From the human T2T-CHM13v2.0 reference genome, Homo sapiens: a stretch of 64,000 nucleotides of DNA. Both the position numbers and the translations under genes were made by a program. This document shows positions 57,930 through 64,000 of the stretch, in pieces. The notes under the pieces were generated by a model. The model did no database searches. It was not told the origin of the DNA and saw only the letters and a program-made list of their open reading frames with translations. Numbering within the stretch: the stretch's first letter is position 1; every line of letters starts with the position of its first letter. Location of the stretch: assembly GCF_009914755.1 (NCBI RefSeq), contig NC_060928.1; one strand, written 5' to 3'.

Positions 57930-60900
57930 TACAATAAACATTCCACAGATATTTGACAGCAATAAATGAAGGAATAAATTTACCTTTCCCTAGAGTGCAC
58001 ATTTTTGTTGTGTTGCCTGGATGAACTGCAGCAAGAGCTACAACTAACCAAAACTAACCAAGAAGTAATTGTTAGTTTTTATATTCGTAGTAGGAATAAG
58101 GATCAAGTATTTCAAAGATACAGTGTCTAGGAAGTATTCATAAGTTAGTCTAAATTGTAAAAAAAAAAAGAAAAAAAGATAAAATGTTCAACCTAGAATT
58201 ACACATCTACAGCTAAGCAATAAGCAAAATAAATCTGCAAACAGTACATATATATTTGATAAGCACAAAGAGTGACACACAACCCTCCAGTTATTCCCAA
58301 CCTTGTTTAAAAGGAAAAGAATCAAATGCTGAAAATATCAGATTAATGCTTAGAAGGCCTTGATTGCCAGAAGAGACTTTCTGTTTCAGGTAATTATAAG
58401 ACAATTCATATGCTTTGGTTTTTTTTTTTTTCTTTTCTATTACTAACTGTCAGAATTCAGAACTGCATTAACCTTGGACCATGGAGAAGAGACTGTATAA
58501 TTAGAAAACTGTATTTTTCAAATTCTCTCTTAGTAGGGCTTGATTAATCCTTACTGTCTCATGTAGGCGGTTCTCTAGAAGTTTGACAAATTAACAGGAT
58601 ATATTCCATCCCTGGTTAGATTTAAGAGTTCAGCGTTTTATAGATGTGACTTTCACCTCATCTGATATAAGACTGATACAATATCTATTTTAGACGGTAG
58701 TATTATAAGGTTACTCAGATAGGTTTGTTTAAAAACCCTAAATAATGCTGAACAAATTCTAATTGCTGCCTAAATAATTTAGCAGTGATAGTGTTATTCT
58801 ACCCTCAACTGATCTTCATCTGCTATGGAGATGTGACAGGAACTACTGGGGCCTGAGAAAATTTGGAGTCAGGAAAATGAAGGTTCTGATCTAGTTCTGA
58901 ACTCTAGTTCTAGTTCTGAACTCTCCAGGTTGCTTAAAAATCCCTCATTTTTAGTGACACAGGATTTTCCTTAAAGAAAACGATGTCCTTAGACCTGAGG
59001 GTTGTTCTGCCAAAGCTGACCTGAACAGGTGGCAGCCTGGTGTGGTGGCTCCCGCTAGGACCGGGGTCAGAAGGCCAGGCATGGAGTGCCTGCTGCCACT
59101 GAGAACAGACCTGCAACGCCTTCTGCCGCCACCCCAGGCTGAGCCGTTCAGAGCACGGACAGTTCTGTTCACTGACAAGACAAGGGTCAGGACTCGAGCT
59201 AAGAAGCGTCTGCTCATGGCCTTCTGGAATGAAAAGGTGGGAAGCATCACCCTCTATTATTTCTACTGGGTTCCCACCCTGCAATTAACAAGTGACATGA
59301 AATGGCATACCCAAGTTCAAGGTTGACCTGTGCATTAAAAAAAAAAAAAAAAACTCAGTAATTTACAGGATTTTCTACTTCCATTCTGATGACAAAGCTT
59401 TTTGTCATTTCTTCCTGAAGTTAGGGCCTGAGTGCTTTTACTTCTGGGGTCCTATAGTTATCAGAGTTGCTAAACCTGGACATGTTGTCTCTGGGAGCAC
59501 CTGCACCCCTGCCCCGGCCCCCACTGCCCACAGATGCCTGATGGAAACTTCCGCTGAGGGATGGGGTACACACTTACTCCTCTAACTGATCCATTTATGG
59601 AACTGCTTCACAGCTTCTGGAACTAAAATGGAATTTCAACTACTTGTTTCTTAATTATTGAAAGATATCCTGACAGGGCCTCATATGTCACTGCCAGCCT
59701 CCGCAGTCCCTATCCTGCACGTCAATAATTTAACAACGGAATAGCCGCGACAGTTAAGCCCCCCACAACCCCCACCAAGTACACTCTCCCAAAAGCTTAT
59801 GAAGTGTTCCCAATTATGGCTTCCCCAAAATCTAAAGCAAAGATTTCTAGAATTTGGTCCCAAATAATGTCACCTCTCTATCTTATCTCTCCTGCATGAA
59901 GTTCCTATTAGTAAAGCAGCAATCTGGCTCATTATCAAGGTTTTCAAATGATTTGAAATAAAGGTGGAACTGGGGAAGGGAGCACCATATAGAAATCAAC
60001 AGATATCACTTCTCTAAGATAGTTCCACCAGACAAGCCCCTCTTGCTCCCCGCCCCTCTCCTGGCTAAGGCCCTGTCTTCCTCCTGCCAGCCTGCTGGAC
60101 TGCTCCAAAGCCTATGTCCCTCTAAGCCTGCTCAGACAGAGCCCTGTCCCCCACCCAGGGGAGCAGCCCTTAGTAACAGGACTGGAGCAAGAAAATAAAA
60201 CAGTTTAAAACTTTCGCAGTTTCCCAGGTATGTTCTGGTAAGTTCTGGTTGCAAACTGGCCTGCACTGGGTGGAGAGCTAACAGGGCTGGGTGTGTGGGC
60301 TGCGGGATGGAGGTGGGTCTGGTCCCTGCAGAGCTCACACCAGCTGGGCTGCGATGCCCCAGCATGGAAATCAGCAGCGGCCCGAGTGCAAGCTAAAGCA
60401 ACACAGTAGGACTGCTGAAGGAGTGCTGAGAAAATCCAGAAAACGAGGGTTCTAGGCACTGCTCGCAGGTGCAAGGGGAACTGAATCTTCAAGTAACATT
60501 GTTTCTGTAGAAAAATGTATGTGGATTACAAATGTTTTTTCAGGACAAAGGGATTTAAATCCTAGGATGTGCCTACACAAAGGTAATACCCTGTTCAAGT
60601 TCCAGCCTCTCTCAGCTACGAATAGGAATAACGACACCCGCCCCTTCCCATCTCACAGGGTCACACGAACAGCAAGTGAGGGACACAGTAGGAAAATGCT
60701 GTGTGAACTCCAAAGAACTCTGCAAATGGGGACTTTGTCACCAGTACTCAGAACAGGACCTGTTTCCTAAGAAAGACACTGGCTGGCAGGAACCAGGTCT
60801 TCCTGATCAGAGACAACAAGTGACAGCGCTTCTGCCTCCCCGATCACGCTGCACCCGACAGCCTACCTGTCCTTGGCATCCAGACACTCCTGCCCCCAGC

Positions 60901-62844
60901 CCAGCCCCAGGCAGAGTGTGGCCTTTCTACTCAGAAGATAAAGTAACTGAGCCCTCCCGCCATGGAGGGACACATGATTCCACCTGATAGGCATGACAGT
61001 GTAAGTGTGTGTGTGAAAATAAAGACGAGAAACGGGGGTGATGTGGAGAAACCCGCCGCATGCGTGGAAAATGTGTGGGCTCTGTTCTGTTTCCACCCTG
61101 TGCCCAGAGAGGAGGGCTCTGCTAGAAGAAAATGACAGCGCAAAGGAATTCTACCAAGGTCTGGGGAGAAAGTGGTGGGTCACTCACGTAAAAGGCAGCC
61201 CATCCTGCAGGCTCTGAGGGAAGCCTCCACACCCAGGGTGCCCATCCGCCTGCCCACAGCCCAGGGCCCTGAAAGCTGAGGCAAGAACTTCCGTCTCCGC
61301 TCCTGCAACAATGCACTCAGGGGTCTTGGAGACCCCTGGTTCTGCCTGTCTTCTCTGCTTCCTCCCTACCATGTCCTCACACACTGTCCACAACCTACCA
61401 GTCAAGCATCTTCTTCAGCCTCAGCCTCCGGACCTAAGAAATAGAGAGAAAAGTCCCTCTCCAAGAACGGTTAGAAAGACTAACATCTGTCAAGAGCACA
61501 GCACAGACAAGCTACTTGCTACATGTGAGTGCTTCCCATCCTCTCCCACGTGTGCCCACCTGAGACCAGGCTGTCCTGGCCTGCCCAATCCAGCCTGCCT
61601 GTGAGAATACCCATTTCTTTTTCCCTCTCTCCCACTCTGCTCCCCATCCCTGCCCCCTTCCTCAATGCCTCTTGCTAAAGCTGCGGATGACAACTCACGG
61701 CACCCAGGGGAGCCACTTAGCCCCAATGGTAGTGCTCAGGGCTAAAGAGATTTCTGACTGTGGTAAGGCCATTATTGGTAATAAAGCCCCCAGAACTCTA
61801 ATTACACTGCCTCCCTATGGGCTAAGGGCACACAATCAGGTCAGGAGGAGGAGGATGTGGAAATAGCTGTACTGCATCCACGGTAGGCCATGCCAACTCC
61901 CTTCCCACTGTTCATGTGAAATGCACACGTGATGCCTAAAATGCGTGACAACAGCACCAAGAGAAACAGAGCGCTAATCAGCGCTGATAGTACTGTGATG
62001 GAGCTTAAAAGCCTCCTTTGTGTGTTAATAGCGTTTAGAGGGGAACCGGGCCTGAGCACTGGGCACTGGAAGAGGAGCTGGGATGTGTGTTCTAATTAAT
62101 TCCAGCTCTCCCTGGCCTGCCTCAGGCAGCGCACTGATCCTGGGTCTGCAGGTAGAAAATGGGAAGCAACCGCCCAACTCGAGATTCTCAGATAAGATGT
62201 GAGCTCCTGACACTGCCCTACATTCCTAGGACATTCTTCTCCCACCCCACACAATCAGCTCTTCTCTTCTCCCGGCATCCAAGCTCCAACTCCCAGCTCT
62301 CTCAACCGATGACCCTGCTTCCTCCACCGGAATGGTGCAACTGATCACACCCTGCCTTTCGCTCCAGGACCCTGTGTCTGCTGTCCTCCCACCTCCCCTC
62401 TCAGTCCTTCCTCTTATTATCAACCAGGGTGTCTGAGAGACCGATCCTCACAGCCTTGAGCACCTTGCCTCTGTTCCAGAAATCTCTATCTCACTCTCTC
62501 TGTCTTGGACTATTCCCATCAACAAACAAATGTCTGCTACAGAAAAGCAAAAACCAAAGCCAAAACCAGATTCTCCTATCCTACAAACAATGCAATCCTT
62601 TCCCATGGCCTTATCTCCATTCCAGCCACCACCCCACTTCTCTGCTCTCTTCTCAGCCACACATCCCAAAGCCCGATCTAAATAAAGCTGTCCCCATTGT
62701 CTCACCCTCTGTTCTCCTTCAAGAGGCTCCAATGTGGCTTGCAACCCTATTGCTCCGCTGAAACTGTACTTGGCTGAAACTGTACTTGGCAATATCACCT
62801 CTGACCTCCACGTTGCTGAACCCCATGAACACTTTTAATCTTAG

Positions 62845-63418
<574 letters not shown>

Positions 63419-63701
63419 TAAATCTTCCTTGATCATTCCAAAATCTTGCTTCTCCTCCTCAGCATGCCTGTCTAGCTACTGCAACCAGAACCATTTGGGG
63501 GGAGTCAATCTACCTCTTCCACCCTTTATCACGCCATCTTCCTGATGCTGCCCCTAAAATACACCCCATCTCCAGCCAGGCCTCTCCAGCCCCAGCACCC
63601 ACCCCCTCCAAGGCCCTCGCATCGTACACCACGTCACCTCCCGGCTGGCGAGTCGCTGTTTCCACTCTTGCCCCAGAACAATCCAGTTCATACACACAAC
63701 C

Positions 63702-63832
63702 TGTCCTAGTTTGTTTGGGCTGCTCTAACAAATATCATAAATTTGTAGCTTCTAAACATCAGAAATGTATTTCTCACAGCTCTGGAGGCTGGGACGTCCG
63801 AGATCAAGGGGCTGGCAGATTCGGGGTCTGGT
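63702..63832 (-). mobile_element. MaLR (MLT1A/MST) LTR fragment
   Basis: tgtcctagtttgtttgggctgctctaacaaa...ctcacagctctggaggctggga...ggcagattcggggtctggt. Confidence 0.7.
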
Positions 63833-64000
63833 CCCTATCTCATTAAAAAAGAAAAAAAAAGTGACTGCCTCAGAAAGGAATATTCAATCATATCTGTTTG
63901 TTTCATTAATGTCTACCTCCTCCACAATTAGTCTGCAAACTCTTCAAAAACAGAGACCCTCCCATGGCATTCTGTTGACCTCTGCAGAGTGCCCGGCATG

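Noticed and set aside
61188-61302. Possible cryptic DCTD exon (ttgttgcag acceptor, gtgagt donor)
   Set aside because: Weak polypyrimidine tract, frameshifting length (115 nt) and no similarity to DCTD. Such site pairs occur by chance without junction-read support.

Overview
Primate genomic DNA, almost certainly human; DCTD maps to 4q35.1, convergent with TENM3 (established knowledge, TENM3 is not in the window). The only protein-coding content is the 3' end of DCTD (dCMP deaminase) on the minus strand. It comprises three coding exons with canonical GT/AG sites (52049-52165, 50591-50687, 48957-49035), a ~1.3 kb 3' UTR ending near 47650, and part of a long upstream intron (52166-64000). Positions 1-47600 are intergenic and rich in transposons: about 30 Alus in the window, MaLR and ERV1 solo LTRs (LTR2, MER41A, MER4 group), Tigger4a, MER3, Charlie1, Charlie4a, and L1/L2 fragments. 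Apart from the ORF overlapping the DCTD active-site exon, the ORF-track entries show no recognisable coding signal. I found no new gene system. The most unusual structures are: three local templated duplications (two inverted, with hairpin or iterated junction scars), one forming a ~95% identical 162-bp non-Alu inverted repeat in the DCTD pre-mRNA; an Alu-derived 27-bp minisatellite; a four-level transposon nest; and an inverted Alu pair flanking the two internal DCTD exons (circRNA geometry). Repeat subfamily names come from recalled consensus sequences and need RepeatMasker/Dfam confirmation.
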